Shown in pieces: positions 17,892-32,484 of a stretch of DNA of 64,000 nucleotides. Position 1 is the first letter of the stretch; the number at the start of each line of letters is the position of its first letter. The translations under genes were made by a program, and so were the position numbers. Under the pieces are notes generated by a model. It was not told the origin of the DNA, ran no database searches, and saw only the letters and a list, made by a program, of their open reading frames with translations. This DNA is from Bugula neritina (taxonomy: Eukaryota > Animalia > Bryozoa). The stretch lies in the NCBI GenBank assembly GCA_964035545.1, contig OZ037766.1, forward strand, positions 24,792,126-24,856,125. Reading direction: 5' to 3'.

Positions 17892-18961
17892 TAAATAATG
17901 TTTTTATAATTTTGTCATGTACCATGTAGAAGTCTGTAAAAGTTAAAGTTTATTTGTATAATAATAGTTGAAATTAGCATGTGTACCAGTGACTTATGCT
18001 CAGGAGAAAGCACCTCTAAAATACCACAGGCTATACAACAGATTTATGTAACTTCTAATTGCCTTTCAGCATTGCTATATTAAACACACCCATGTTTACA
18101 GGATTCAATGCATTCTGAAAAAATAATACCATACTGACCGAGTTTCAGGTTTGATATAAGCAGAAGCAAAGCTTTTAAGCACTGATTATATACACACATA
18201 TGTTAGAGTTTAATCAAATGACTAGTAAATTACTTCATGCTTAAGGCTATGTTTTATATCTTGAAATACGTATTACAGAGTTATCTTCTTTTTGTTATTT
18301 TTATCCTTATGTAGCAATACTGATACTGGAATTTTGTGGTCCGAAATTTGGAGTCTCGATTTTCTGACAATAGATTCCTTTGTGTGCGTGTTCTTTGTTC
18401 TGTTAGTATAAAAGCGGACGAATTCCAGTGTAGATTCAGTCTACCACTAGAGCTCGCATGATACAGATTGCATTTATACTCTACAATACAGATTGGCTTT
18501 GCTGAAGACTACCCTATAACATCTTGCTCTCTTTTACAAAGAGCTATGTGCAGCACTTAGTTACATTTAACCCACAAAGTGTTGCGTAAACAATGTTTGT
18601 ATAATCTTGTCATGTAGAAGGCTGTAAAGGTTAAAGTTTATTTTGTATAATTATAGTTGAGATTAGCCTTAGCCAGTAATCCAACCCACATTCATGTGTA
18701 CCAGTGACCTGTGTTCATCAGAAGAGAACAACTCTAAAATACAACAGGCTATACAACCAATTCATGTAACTTCTAATTGCCTTTCAGCATTGCTATAATA
18801 ATCACACCCATTTTTACAGGATTCTATGCATTCTAAAAAAATAATACCATACTGACCAAGCTTAAGGTCTGATATAAGCATAAGCAAAGCTTTTAAGCAC
18901 TGATTGCATACACATATTTGTTAGAGTTTGATCAAATGGCTAGTAAATTACTTTATGCTTA
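17892..18961. repeat. Local direct duplication: ~17892-18260 vs ~18587-18961, the second copy resuming at 22652
   Basis: Alignable by eye over about 370 bp. The first copy shows the empty site of the Academ insertion. Confidence 0.8.
18310..18586 (+). mobile_element. Solo LTR related to the LTR of gypsy element E
   Basis: Shares AATACTGATACTG, TATAAAAGC, TTCCAGTGTAGATTCA and TTACAAAGAG...AACCCACAA with 51473-51787. Confidence 0.75.
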
Positions 18962-21900
18962 TAGTCTGGCAAAACTGGGGGTTATAAGATTCGCAATCTC
19001 CGATACAGTTTTTTGCTCTTTTGATTATTTATCTTGAGGGTCCAGTTACATGTTTCCAGGTGGGTGTAGACCTGCCATATTTGAGCATTTTGAGAAATTC
19101 AAGATGGCCGCCAATTATGAAAAAATCGTAATCTGGTAGGCATAAAGTCTATGCTATGTTGCAAAAACAAAATTTTTTTTGATGATTCAAATAGATGTGC
19201 CTTTTTGGAATGAATATGTGCCATGCCAGTGAAAAAGGAATCAAAGTAAAGAGCCAATAGACATGTTGCTCAGCTCAAAAATTGGAATTGCTTCAAGAAA
19301 ACATCACCTATGGTGCTGAGAAATGATACAAGGTTTTTGAATAATTTTTTGGACACTGGACAGATATATAAAGAAAAACATTGCTTATTGCCAGTGGATA
19401 GAAAGTAAAAAGAGATACAGAGGCAGCATATTGCTCAGCTAAATTTAAAATGGAACATATATATATAACATATATAAATTTAAAATGCGACAAACTTTTA
19501 CTCATGTTCATATTAAACACCTTTTTCATTTGTTAAAAATGTTAGTTCATTGCAGCACACTCCTGGTAATGCTTCACAAGGGCAGAACTCTGTGCATGGG
19601 GTAGATGTACTAGAACAGCCATATCTCGTTGTTTTGCATGATTTTCGGCTTCCACAGGAGCATATAATGAATTTGGGCCATTTTACTTTATTTAGTACAC
19701 ATCAGCAGATTATGATCACACATTTTAAGGCTTGCTCAAAATCCATGAAAACTTACTATAATGGGGTAATAGAATTTGCTGATTCTATCTATGCATAGCA
19801 AAAATGACTGGGAAGAGGTCCTGCAACATTTAAGCGCGGCGTCATTGTCATATGAGTTAAATATATATTTGTGAACCATCACGGCCTATATAATATTTCA
19901 AGGTACTAATAAATTAGGAAAAAACATAAAAAATCATGCATGATTGGAAAAGCCTTGATTATTCAGTTTTATTTGCTAAAATTTTAATAGTTTGAAGCAA
20001 AAATCTATATACAGTAGCAGCCAAATTGTAAAAAATCGTCAAAAGCTAGAGTCATCGAGTGTACACCAAATTAAGTAAAATGATCGACTTCATAACATTG
20101 TCTAGTGTAGGCACAACATCATTCCCTCCTTCTTTTGAGAATTAAAAAAAGATTCTTTTAGATCCCTGGTTTCACCTACCAGTTTTCTAGTGGGTTTAAT
20201 GCCGCAGTTTCATATGGCTACCTAGAGGTGTGCAGTGGTGACATTGTCCAATAGCTTCATCTGTAGGAGGCAAGGTACATAAGTTAAAGGCACATCGCAA
20301 ATAGCATCGCTGACCTTGGTTTCCTGAGCCTTTTGTCTTGTAGATGTCATAGAGAAGCGCTTTGCATAATTGTAGCAACAGAGAATAAACTTGGTAGTTT
20401 GTATGAATAGTCATCTTGAAAAAAGCACTAGTGTCACCAAATCACATTTTTCTTCTACCAAGACATGTAGTATGACTCCCTTTCCAATATTTTACATTGT
20501 TGCCACTTTATCACACCCTGAGAAGCCATGGGAAGGCAGCAAATTGTTTATTATAGGGCCTTGTCTTCGACTTTTTTACCTAGGATGCTGTGGTCCAGAA
20601 TGGGTGGCGGTTTTGCAGGGCAACAAGTGCTATCAGAGAGTGTCATCTGATTCTGGCGTCAACATCTTTATATCCGAGAGGCCACATTTCAGTATGCCAT
20701 CCTTCACTGTAGTCATTACCTTTTTCTTTGGCCTCCGTCTTATTCTCGTTCTCTGTATCTTCATCTCAGCCACCATTATAATATCTTCCTCCCTACCTCT
20801 TCTGCTCACATGTCCATACCATTAAAGAGGACTCCTCCTCATTCCTATTGCGATGGCTTCTATTTTGGCCTCCTCCTTTATATTCTCATTTGTACATGGT
20901 CTTCCCAATTTATATTGTAAACGTGTCAAAGCATCCTCATCTTAGTTGCACTTATCTGCTTCAATATTGACAAGAGCAACTGGTTGGCATCATTCTCTGA
21001 GTTCAATCTTCCGTTTGACAGACTGCCTGTCCTTTGAATCAGATTGGATTCTTGATTGCATCTCATCCTTATGAGCAGTGAAAGCATTTATTTCAACTCA
21101 TCTCTGATGTCACTGAGGCCCTACTGTATCTTGTTGCAAGCAGAATTGTTGTAGACCCACACCTTGAAAGTTTCAGGTTTAAAGGTGATGCCAATGATTC
21201 TCCCTTGCTGTGACCAAATCTTACGAAGGTCACCTCAATGGTCATGTCCGACCAGATGCCGTCGAGCTGGCCGCGTTTATGATGCAGTGTGTGTTTACCA
21301 GCCGCAAATTCAATCCTTACATCTTGTGGCATGACCTCCATCCTACACAGAGAGTGCATTTCCTCTTCCATTGCTAGGTGCATGTTATAAGGCCCAGTCT
21401 CCTCCTCTAACAGCTATGATGTGGGTGTTTGCATGGTGGTAAAAATTGGTCAAATAAAGCACATGACCCACAGTTTTGCTGTTCTTGAGCTCTTTGAAAT
21501 CTTAATCAACATCTTTTCATAAGGTCCTTCATGCTAGTGATTACACTTTCATAAAGACCGGCTTTAACAGCTCTCCCACCAACATTCTCAGACCTCATAC
21601 ATATTCTGGGGAAACTTTTTCTATTCACCATTTTGAAAAAACCGCCAAAAGTAGAATTAACTACTTCTACCAAATCAATTTCAGCCATTAGTGTTCTAGT
21701 GCACCCAACATAGGTCATTAAAAGTGGAGAAATTAATAGTAAACGTTAATGAAAGGGGATTGGTATAAAAAAGGTAGAGAACCACTGTTCTTTAGAATAT
21801 AATAGAAAATATATTACTTCCCCCAGAATGAAATAGATTCTCATTCATAAAAAAATTGTCTACAGATGCTTTTAGAGGAAAAGTCAAATGTGCTGATTGT

Positions 21901-22651
21901 AGAAATAGTTTTCGAAAACAAAAATGTCAATATTTAGATAAAAGATGTTTCAACAATAAAGCAATTAAATTATGTCAAGAAGCCATGGTGTTGTGTTATT
22001 AAGGTTGTTGACCTCTTTTTATAACTTTAAAAAACATAGCTAAAGTTTTAAAACTGAAAATAACTATTAAGTTGGCAGCTCAACAAGCCCTTTTGATAGG
22101 CATGCTAGTTTGAAATAAATTGCTATTTAGCTCATATGACAATGACGTTGCATTTCAATTTTGCAGAACCCCTTTCAGCTTTATTTGGTGAACATATTTG
22201 TAATCAACATATAAAATCACCCCAAAAGTAAATGTTCATGAATTTAGAACAAACTGATGCAGAACTGCAAAGAAATTATAAACACCACAAGGCTAGGTTA
22301 AACTTGAAAAAAATGAATGAATAAGGCTTAGCTTATTTACCCTTGGGCATCATTTGCCTATTACTCAATAATGCACATGGTAAAGGCACATGCATATTTA
22401 TTCTATTAATTTCTAAAGATTTCAAAGCATTGGGATCTTAAATTTAGCCCCATGGGTAGGTACACTTGAATTATAAAAAACCGTCTGGTGCCTAGCGGCC
22501 ATCTTGAATTTCTCAGAATGCTCAAGGGTAAGAAGTTTACACCCACCTGGAAAAATTTACCTAGACCTTATATTTGAATAATCAGTTGAGAAAAATTTTT
22601 TATCCGAGATTGCGAACCTAAGTCAAAAATTGGAATTTTTCTGCCAGACTA
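18962..22651 (-). mobile_element. Academ-type (AcademX-like) DNA transposon, internally degenerate
   Basis: Termini TAGTCTGGCA and TGCCAGACTA, with ~150-bp imperfect inverted ends. TTA TSD at 18959-61 and 22652-54. Minus-strand remnants: DGIWSDMTIEVTFVRFGH, XPG/H3TH-like HGFSGCDKVATM*NIGK (~20475-20540), LPPTDEA, and Cys-rich CSCGSRKSC...CTEFCPC (~19575-19665). Confidence 0.8.
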
Positions 22652-22980
22652 TTAGGGCTATGTTTTATATATGCTGAAGCTATGCAAACTGCCACACAGT
22701 GTCATTAACTTCACTACATAAACTTCAGCATCTATCAATTTTGCAGTCACTACTACCAAAACTACTTGATTTCGAATCACCAAAAGAAATTATTGTTATG
22801 GCAAAAAATGATAGTAAAATATTACATTAGCATGTACATAAAACAGACAATAAATTGCAATTAGTTTGGTGATTTAAACCAATTATTTTAAAACTTTATA
22901 TAAATTATGTTTCTTATAGGAAGGTTTATAAAGTTTTAAAATTATTGGTTTAAATCATCAAAATAATTGCAATTTTTTTT

Positions 22981-24444
22981 TAGAGTTGTCTATACCTGTA
23001 TAGGCTTCATTTACTATGTAGGGGTAACGGGGGCACAACGGGCCGAATTTTGCATTTGTTGCTCTCATTCGTCTGTTTTTCAAGTTACTAGTTCAATAAT
23101 CTCTAGTCTTAATGCTGCATCTGTTGTCTATTACAGGTATCAGTTTGTTGTTTCTATCTCTTTCACAACTTTCAGAATAATGAAATTTTCATGACGAAAA
23201 AATTGGCCCATTGTGCCCCGGTACCGGGGTACAATGGGCCACTGGGTGGGACATAACAAATATATTGAAATTTTGCGGATTTTGTTACATCTGATCTTTA
23301 TTTATCTAATATTACAAATAAGTAAAGATAATCTTTTAGATCTACAGCAAAATTCATGTTTTAGCTGTACAGTTTGTGCCACTATGGATAGCAGAGGAAG
23401 GCAAAATCAAACGCACGTTACTCGGTTCTGCAGTGCCATTATCATTACTGTTTAGAACTAAAAATGTTCTTTTATTTTCACCTCAGAGGAACGTTTATTA
23501 AAAAAAAAACTTTAGTAACGTGTACTACAAAACTGTGAGTGGCCTTTTTTCTATGAACTGTAGCTAAGGTGCATGGCTGAGATTTGTGACTGGAGTATGG
23601 AAGGGAAAGGGGGGAGCAAATGAGCAAATCACAATTTATTTTAGTCAAATACATGTATATTCCCTCAGTGGTGTAATATATAATGAATATCATGACTATC
23701 TACTAGTAGCAAGTAGCAACAGCAGAGTGTTTTGTATTATGTATAAAATGGCAAGGCTTTAACCTCACCAGATGTAGATATTAGGGGAGCTTCACCTTGT
23801 AGTTTGGTAAACTTATCATGATGTCTTTGATGTTTTACAAAAAGGTCAGAAATGGCTATATCTATAGATTTTAGTAACATTTCAACTAAGTTTTTTGGCA
23901 AACAAACTAATAACAGTGATCAGGGTGCAATAATTAGGTGGCCCATTGTGCCCCGGTCAGCGTGGCCCATTGTGCCCCGAGTAGCCAAATTGAAAATAAA
24001 TGTGCCTCAAGGAAAATTTATTTCAGATTTTGCTGTTATACTAGTTAAGCAATGTAGAGACAAGTAATAGCAACAATATTAGTAAAATATAGGCTTCTTG
24101 CCTTTGAGTGTAAAAAGTTATAAAGCTTTAATGACATCCTAAAAAATTTACAAAAAGTAGGTAAAAACAGTTTTTTACTCGCTTTTTCAACATGTATGTT
24201 CCGCAAGTGTTGAAACTACAAAGGCTGATTAATTATGTCAATATCTTTTTATGAAAAAAAAATCACAACTCTAAGTCAAAAAGTTCTCTCACAATTTGGT
24301 CGGCTTTTTGTACCCCTATGACCGTTGTGCCCCCGTTACCCCTATATCTTATTTGTGTCTATTCTTTATTTTATACAGAGTATTTATTAATGGTTATGAA
24401 AACAAATACATAGTAAATAAAGCCTACAGGTATAGACGACTCTA
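22981..24444. mobile_element. Small TIR element (~140 bp of its own sequence) split by a nested MITE
   Basis: ~40-bp inverted ends: TAGAGTTGTCTATACCTGTA..GGCTTCATTTACTATGTA and TACATAGTAAATAAAGCCTACAGGTATAGACGACTCTA. Confidence 0.7.
23021..24341. mobile_element. Non-autonomous TIR element with TA TSD (Tc1/mariner-pogo type), ~1.3 kb
   Basis: TIRs GGGGTAACGGGGGCACAACGG and CCGTTGTGCCCCGTTACCCC, each flanked by TA. Internal repeats TGGCCCATTGTGCCCCG at ~23203, ~23939 and ~23963. Confidence 0.85.
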
Positions 24445-26497
24445 AAGTTAAAACTTTTGATTATTTGCATATTAATATATTATAGTAACATAAATAAAAA
24501 ATAGGAAAAAATATTTTTTTATCAATGTAATTATCAAAGACCAAATAATTGAAAAGTTATTAAATAATTAGCGTTCCATTCCCAAAAATAACATTCTTTT
24601 ACTGCTGCAGTTGGTAATATTTCAACTGATAAATGTTCTACTCATAATTATATATATTATTGTATAGTTATCCATGTACTTATGTAAAAGGAAGCCTATA
24701 TATAATAATAATAAATAGCATTTTCTCAAATTGGAAAAGAAGTGCCAATTATTACAACCTCATAAAATTCAGCACAATGTAACCATTACGCTTGATTAAA
24801 AATGGTATGCATTGTAACGATATATGTATTGTACAAGATTGAAAAGGACTGCGCTGGTTATTTTATCTCCAGAAAACAAAAAGGAAGTTTTTTGCAATGG
24901 GATATAAAAACACATGCAAGATAGCTTTAGCAGCTACTTGTAAAAAATGTTCTGTGTTGTTTGCATTATAGAACTTTAGTTGCTATTGTTTCATTATATT
25001 CATTCATGCCAAATTTGTCACATAAAGTATAATTTACATCAAAATTGTCAACCATATGTATTGTTTTTTTTTCAAATCTTATTTATAATTCAACACATTT
25101 TTATCTGTATAAGGAACTTCCATCAAGCTATAAATGACATATCATTTTGTCAAAATTAAATCAGAATTTATCAGCAATTTCACAAAACACAATCCATTCT
25201 TATAACATAAAAAACATTGTGTACTGAGAAATCAATTATTATATAATGCCAAATAGGGCTTTGTCTAAGTACATTTGCCAAAAATCAAGCCACTCATTAT
25301 TTTTTCATATATTTAAAGCTATTGTTTGCTAATGATCTATGCAGGCTATCAGTAAGTTCTTCGTTGTTTGTCTTAAATTTCACAGAGTATGCAGTATATG
25401 TAGCCTTTGTTTTTAGAGAGAGAAATAAGGGAGCATGTATTTTATTGAAAAGTATTATAAGCCCCACACAATCTTCATCTGCTATATGTCAGTCAATTCT
25501 TCAAGAATTAAGGCTTATAAAACATTTCCAATAAATTTTTGATTTAATCTTATTTAACTAAGAATCTTCCTCTTTAATGCACTGAGGTGGGTATAAAGAA
25601 AAAAAATATTATATAAATAATTGTATAGCTACTAATCACAGCTTCATGTTTTTCTTTTTCAGTAATTACTAGGTACTTATTTCTCCAATTATTACCTCAA
25701 TATATGTACATAGTGCATTTCTAGTTGACTTAATAAGACAAAGTTAAAGTATGTGTTGGGCTGAAACGTATATAACAAGTATAGTCTTTTAATACGGCAA
25801 AACAGTTTTACCAGATAAACAAAATATATCTATAGCTATTTAATTATATGAAAGAACGCATGTTCCAATGCTAGATACCAATTTTTTAAACCCCAAAGGC
25901 TTATCACTACAGTATTTTTGCATTTTCAAAAAAATGGCTTGTGGTGCAATAGCTGTTAGCAAATGTTATATATGATGAAACCCAGTCTTTATAGCCTTTT
26001 ATTGTCTACATTATTGTTTATTGTAGAACATATTAGCAAATTACAAATATGTAATTTTCGTCAATTTTATTTCTTATTTATTGTTGAAGGCTAACTTTGG
26101 ACCCGTCTGCTTTTGAGCGAATTCAGAATTCAGGTTAAGCCATGTTCAATATTTTTCATTTTCCAAACGTCTAGTTTCCAAATGTTTATAATTCTCTAAT
26201 TGTTTATAATTTACCAAATGTCTATTTTTGAGATGTTTAATGGCGATTTCTCCATTTTCCAAATAAATTCTTTCTATTTTCAAATTTTCAAAATGTAGTG
26301 TCATGCAATAATCACTGTATCTACTTAGCATGACACTTAAAAATAAAAAAATTCAAAACGTGCCGATATTTATTTATTTCATCTTCTTCACCCAACTTTT
26401 ATTTAATATTTCATCTTTATGTCAATTGTAGTGACTAGTTTTCGTTTACTGGCAAAAATATGCTCATTACTTGATAAATTATATTTGTATATTTTAG

Positions 26498-29400
26498 TCA
26501 ATCTTAATGGTGCTTGCCTCTTTAGCAACTCTAGTTGATTCAAAGGGTGGTGACAACTTTAACATTGTTCGGTAAGTAGTTTATAAATCAAACATACAGA
26601 TACTCATGCTACCTCAGTTTAAGGCTGAGCTTTTCTGAACCTGAAACATATATGGTAATATCAATTTGCATTATTAGATCTTCAATATCATATAATTTTC
26701 TCTTCTAACTGAGTATAAATTTTCACTATATAGTGTTTTCTTTTTGTAATTGTTAAATTGCTGGAAGTTTCAATGTAATGGGCAGAAAGTTTCAAAAATA
26801 ACAATAACTCATTTTGCTCCAGATGTTGAAATTGCAAAGTTCTGTAATTCAAAATTAGTTTTGAATCTTTCTAAGTGTGAATATTCTAAATTTGAAACAT
26901 TTCTTTATGTATATGCAACTTTGAGCTGTAATGGTATAGAATAGAAAGAGAAACATTTTTTAGAGTTTTATTTTGTAGAATAAACGGGTACAGGAAAGCA
27001 GAGGTTTATGCTGTTACAACTGCTACAGTCTATCATTTGGATGAAGATAAGCACATACCTGGGAACATACTCTTTACCGACAGGTATTCTCTGAGGACAA
27101 CAAATGGTATCTCTGTTTCCACCATAGCTGGATCCCCAACATCTAGTGGGTATGGTATTGGTTCAGGAACAAGTGCACGATTTGGCTATCTATTTGGATT
27201 TTACCAGAAAAACACGACCCATGTTATAGTGGCAGATTATTATAATTCATGTCTTCGAATGATTGACAGAACCAATGGAAATATTTCACAGTTTGCTGGA
27301 ACATGTCGTTCCTCTGGATATAGAAATGGGCGAGCTAGTTATGCTTATTTAGTTAGACCATTTCATATGTTGTTAGATAAAACTAATCGAACCACACTTA
27401 TTGTTTCCCAAGATAGAGCTTCTTCATCAGAAGCCTATCTTAGATCAGTTGACATTAACACTGGTAATGCTGGGATTTTAGTCTCATCAGGTTTAAACCA
27501 CCCTAAGGGCATGGCATGGGATGAGACTGAAGACATACTTTATGTGACAAACAGGTATTATATTGCTAAAATAACATGGAGCACCAAAAGTGTTGAAACT
27601 CTAGTAGGTTCCACAGCTTCTGGTAACATTGTTGGAAGTTTTAGTCAGTCACGATTTAACAGTCTTACAAACATTTTTCTGATAAATGAAGAACTAATTC
27701 TAATCAATGAAGGTCAAATTGAATTGAAGGCAATCAACCTAGCCTCACAGATTTCTATGAATGTAGATATTTCTGGGTTCAGTTCTGGTATCTATTCTGT
27801 TGCTCAGATTAATGGTAGCATTTATGTTGGTACTAATGGAAAAATCTACAAACTGAGTGGTAAGTTAATACCTTAATGCATGCAATAACTGACGAACAAT
27901 AATACTAACTGCAGTCACAGTGCCTTTAGCTTGATTAAAAATTTATTTTTGTTTTACTCTATAGCTGCATGGTGTATCTTTTTCATTTAGTTTAGTATAG
28001 TGAAATAGCTTAACTTCTATGTAATTAGTAATCTACGGCTATATGCAAGAAATGCTAAACCCCTATTTTGGTAAATTAACCTATCAATAACATGTTTGCT
28101 TTTGTGTGGCTATATTTATGGAACACATTTCAATCTGACGCTGTTGACAGCACCACTAATATACTATTAAAGCTCTAATTATAATTGAATTCCAATTGAT
28201 GTTTCATATTTTAGAAAAGGATATGCAGTGTTCAGTAAATGCCTCCTACTTCTCAGGTGAAACTGAAGTAAAATTCGGTTTGAGCACTCAGAACTGCACG
28301 AGCTATTTTGTCATTATAGTTAGTAAGTTAAACCAGACACTGCAGTATGTGCTGTGTTTTAATAGATATGTAATAACCATCAAATATCAATGAACGAGAT
28401 ATATTGAATGACGTAAAGTGCTGGGTTCATATAATTGTCCAAAAAGTTATAGCTGGTTGTGGTAACCAAAATAACTGTATAACATGAGCTGTGCCATACA
28501 AAATACAGAAAAGCATTAAATAACTAACTTATGTTGCTATAACATTCTAGCTATAGCTGTAATTTTATGGGCTTGTTGCTATATATAATCAGCATAATGT
28601 AGCAAAAGCTTTAAATGCTCTTGAAATGTACCAAAAGTATAAACATTCTAAACTGCTACTTTTGTGGAGACGAATATAGTTATTTAAATTGCTGCTTGCA
28701 TTAGAATTAAGGAAAACTATCTTGAAAATATACTTATGCTTCCGTGCTTATTTTTGTTTCAATTTTATCAATAGCTCTGCTTTGTAGAGAGTCCTGTAGA
28801 GCGAAGAGTTTCTCTAAAGGCAGAGTACTCTGTTTCCTGTGACCAGCTAGTGCTTCAGGGAATGTTTGGGAGAGCTTTATTAGAACCTGTCCTTAAACTC
28901 AAGATGACTGAACTTCAAGATATCTGTGGAAATAGTAATGGAATGTATTATTTGAATACATGCATTACATCAATGTTTTTCGTGTGGTTCAACAGTTATT
29001 TGTATTTAAGATACCACTCAAAGTGATGCAGATTAAACAGGCAACTATGAAAAAAAAATTGAATTGGCCGCAAGTATCAAAATTTTCAGCTACACAGCTT
29101 TTTATAATTTGATTATATTTATTCTTTCAAAAAGTTATTTAACGTAATCCTTAAAAAATTGATATGAGTTCTGCAATTTTTAAAGTTGATTCAATGCTGG
29201 TTTGCATGGTAATTCTAGAGAACTATTCTTCTTATATTTTCTGGCTGCAACATGGCAGCTAACATGACTCCCAGCTACTCCTGTTCTGATAATAATCTGG
29301 AAGTAAGATGGCCAACAGATCTTGTGTTCACTGGGGATGTTAAAGAAATACCAACTAAGACAAGAAACATGCTGACTAAAGCTGCCCTGAATGCTGGGAG

Positions 29401-29952
29401 AGCGAAAGCTCAGATCTTAACTCTTAACAGATATCCTCAGTAAGTGGTATATAGTTGTGTATTTCTTATGAAATGCATGCAAATGATTGGGCAAATGCAT
29501 GAATAATTGAATCACTTCTTAGCAGCACTGCGTTTCAAGCAGTCTTTACTTAGAGCTGAGGGTACCTGAATTCTGTAACAACGATTTGAATTATATAGTC
29601 ACTCTCTATTAAACTCAATTAAAAGCTTGTATGCAACTCAAATTCTTCATGCCCAAAAAATTAAGCAGTATTTTTTGTATAGTTTTATTTAAAATAAAAC
29701 TTATAAATAGTATTCTAAAAGCAATAGAAATGCTAAAGATCCTGTATTAGATTTTATTAATTCAGACTCTTTACCTCAAGCTGTTGACACAAATAAGAAT
29801 ATATAAGATCGTAGCTGTATTATTATATATGTTGTAGTTTCCTTTTACCTCTTATTCAATCAAATGGAGAAAGCATACTGCAGTTGGTATTGGATACTAA
29901 GTGTACTGAAGATGGAAAGGTTTACCAGGAAAACACAGGCACCTGTGTTTAA
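26498..29952 (+). pseudogene. Array gene copy 2, probably disabled. Exons 26498-26571, 26979-27859, 28215-28322, 28788-28934, 29244-29439, 29838-29952.
   Basis: Exons are open and homologous to copy 1, but no TATA or exon 1 is found upstream. The exon-6 acceptor is TTTTCTG instead of CAG (29241-29243), and nearby AGs are out of frame. An internal ATG exists at 26507. Confidence 0.7.
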
Positions 29953-30989
29953 TTGATCAAATAAGCATTACAAACTCAATTTCTCTTTAAAAAATACAGA
30001 TGTTTCTTTTTAGAGAAAAATTTTTTGCAAAACTCACTTCAAGAAATGATTTATTCTAAAATTAAATTGCAATATCTGATTATCTTTAAAATCTTTTATA
30101 TTTCTTTAAAAGTAGCTGTAATTCAAGGTTGGCAATTGTTTGCCCGATATTTAAGGGCTGCTGATATTGTCGACTTAGTTCTTTTCTCATAAGTATCAGA
30201 GCAGTTGGTCTTTAGCTTGTTCAACCAATAAGAATTAGAAATTTTAGTTGGCAGCCATTTTCATTGCTGAAAGCGTGAAATATTCTGCTTTTCAGCATTT
30301 TTATTGGCTGAATAAATGCTGAAAGATTAAATGACTGCATTACAAATTGCATGAATTGCTCATTAGTAATAGAGATGTATCTATATATAGTAACTATAAT
30401 ATATTGTACACTATAGTACATATACTACTTTTTGTTTTGCCTAATTTTATATGATGTCAATTAATCTGCATGCATGTATATTCTTATTAGTAGCTTAATT
30501 TTGCATGCTATTACCATAATGCAGCTATTTTATAATTATACTTAAAAACATCATTTTACTTTCACATATTTTTGAAAAAGGGGCACTATCAAAATACACT
30601 AGAATAAATGTATCCATAAACTAGCAATGGAGTTCTATTTTGTTTTTAAATAACTATTATTCAAAAATAATATTATGATCTTGTGGCTAAAAACATATTA
30701 GAATCGTATACTACCGTTACTTAGCATTTCATACTACATAAATCACGTCTACACAGTTGGTATAGCCATGTCATGTATAGAGGTATGTAGTTGAGAATAG
30801 CCTTGGCCAGTTATTTAAACTCTATTTGCTTGTATGTCAGTGACTTGTGTCCAAGATAACACAACTCTAACATACAACATGCTTGACCAATCATGTAACA
30901 GTTTTGCCATGAACACACCCATGTTTATAGGAATCTATATGTAAAGTATCAAACAACATATTGATTAGACAATACAGGTGACTGAATAG

Positions 30990-31330
30990 TTCTATAAGTA
31001 GCTCAAAACTGGGGATTTTAGTTTGGGGAGTCTTGGGTTTTGGAGTTATGTCCTCAACTCTAAACTGGAGACCCCCAAAATAACATCGTTCTTCACCCTC
31101 AAATCTGAGCTGCTTTGTATAACCATTCCACCTGTAGTCTCAGACAAATTATTGATTAAGCAATGCAGCTGGTTGAATGGTTCCATTAGCAGCTCTGAGG
31201 TGGGGACTCTAGTTTGAGGAGTGTCAATTTTTGGAGTTATGTCATCAACTCTAAACTCCAGACCCACAAACTAACATTGTCCTTTACCCCAAACTTGGAA
31301 CTGCATGCTTTGTAGAACCATTCCACCTGA
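30990..31330. repeat. Tandem ~180-bp duplication of a short GC-richer hairpin-like element; single copies at ~44500-44680 and ~54040-54140
   Basis: AGTTTG(G/A)GGAGT...TTTGGAGTTATGTC.TCAACTCTAAACT..AGACC...AACCATTCCACCTG occurs twice. Confidence 0.6.
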
Positions 31331-32144
31331 TCAGCAGAAGAAAGCCTCTAAGCACTGATGCACATAAGTTAAAGTTTGGTCTATTAGCTGCTAACTTATT
31401 ATATATATGCCTAATGTAGTGTTTTAAGTCCTAAGGCTATGCACATATTAATGCAATAAACATTATTAGTTAATTTTGTATTATAAATTTCTGTCATTGC
31501 TCAATGTATTAGGTTAAAACAAGAACAAAAATATCCTTTTAATATGGCACGACAGCTTAACTAGATATAAGAGTTATTAAGTTATTTTGTATGAAAGATA
31601 TAGCTAGTAAGCAGGTTGCAATGCTAGATACGGAGTATATTAAACTATTAAGGTTTAGCTCTGCATAATAGTTTTGCATTCTAAAAAAAATAAAGTGTGG
31701 TGCACTACTTGCTAGCAATTGTCCTAACTGGTAGAGCTCAGTCTAGTGCTGTTAAAAGCCTGTATATTGCCCTTTGCTGTCATAGTTATAGAAAGCCTTC
31801 ACAATGCCTAAATCTTTTATTGTGGTAATTTTGTTCTCTTGGCTAAACGTAAACAACCCTGTTCATGATATAATTTGGCAAGCCAAACTAAGTTTCTAGC
31901 ATAATTATTACTATGACTATAATTTGACATTTTAAACTCAATATTTTGAAACATCTCTTCACTTGCTATACTTTTCGTATTTTCAAAAAGATTTGTTTTT
32001 GATGATGGCTTGGTGAACTTTATATATAAAATGAGGAACAGCTGCAAATGTAAGACAAAAATATAATAGTATTGACTAAAAGTAAACAACTATAAAAAGT
32101 AATATAAATAATACAATATAATATAAAAAGTAATATAACAATAA

Positions 32145-32382
<238 letters not shown>

Positions 32383-32484
32383 GTAAAATGAGCGTTTATA
32401 AAACGTTACTAGAGTGCTCTCTAGAAATAAATCTAGAGCATGAACATTGGAAGAAATAAAATGAGATTTGATTAATATAATGAC

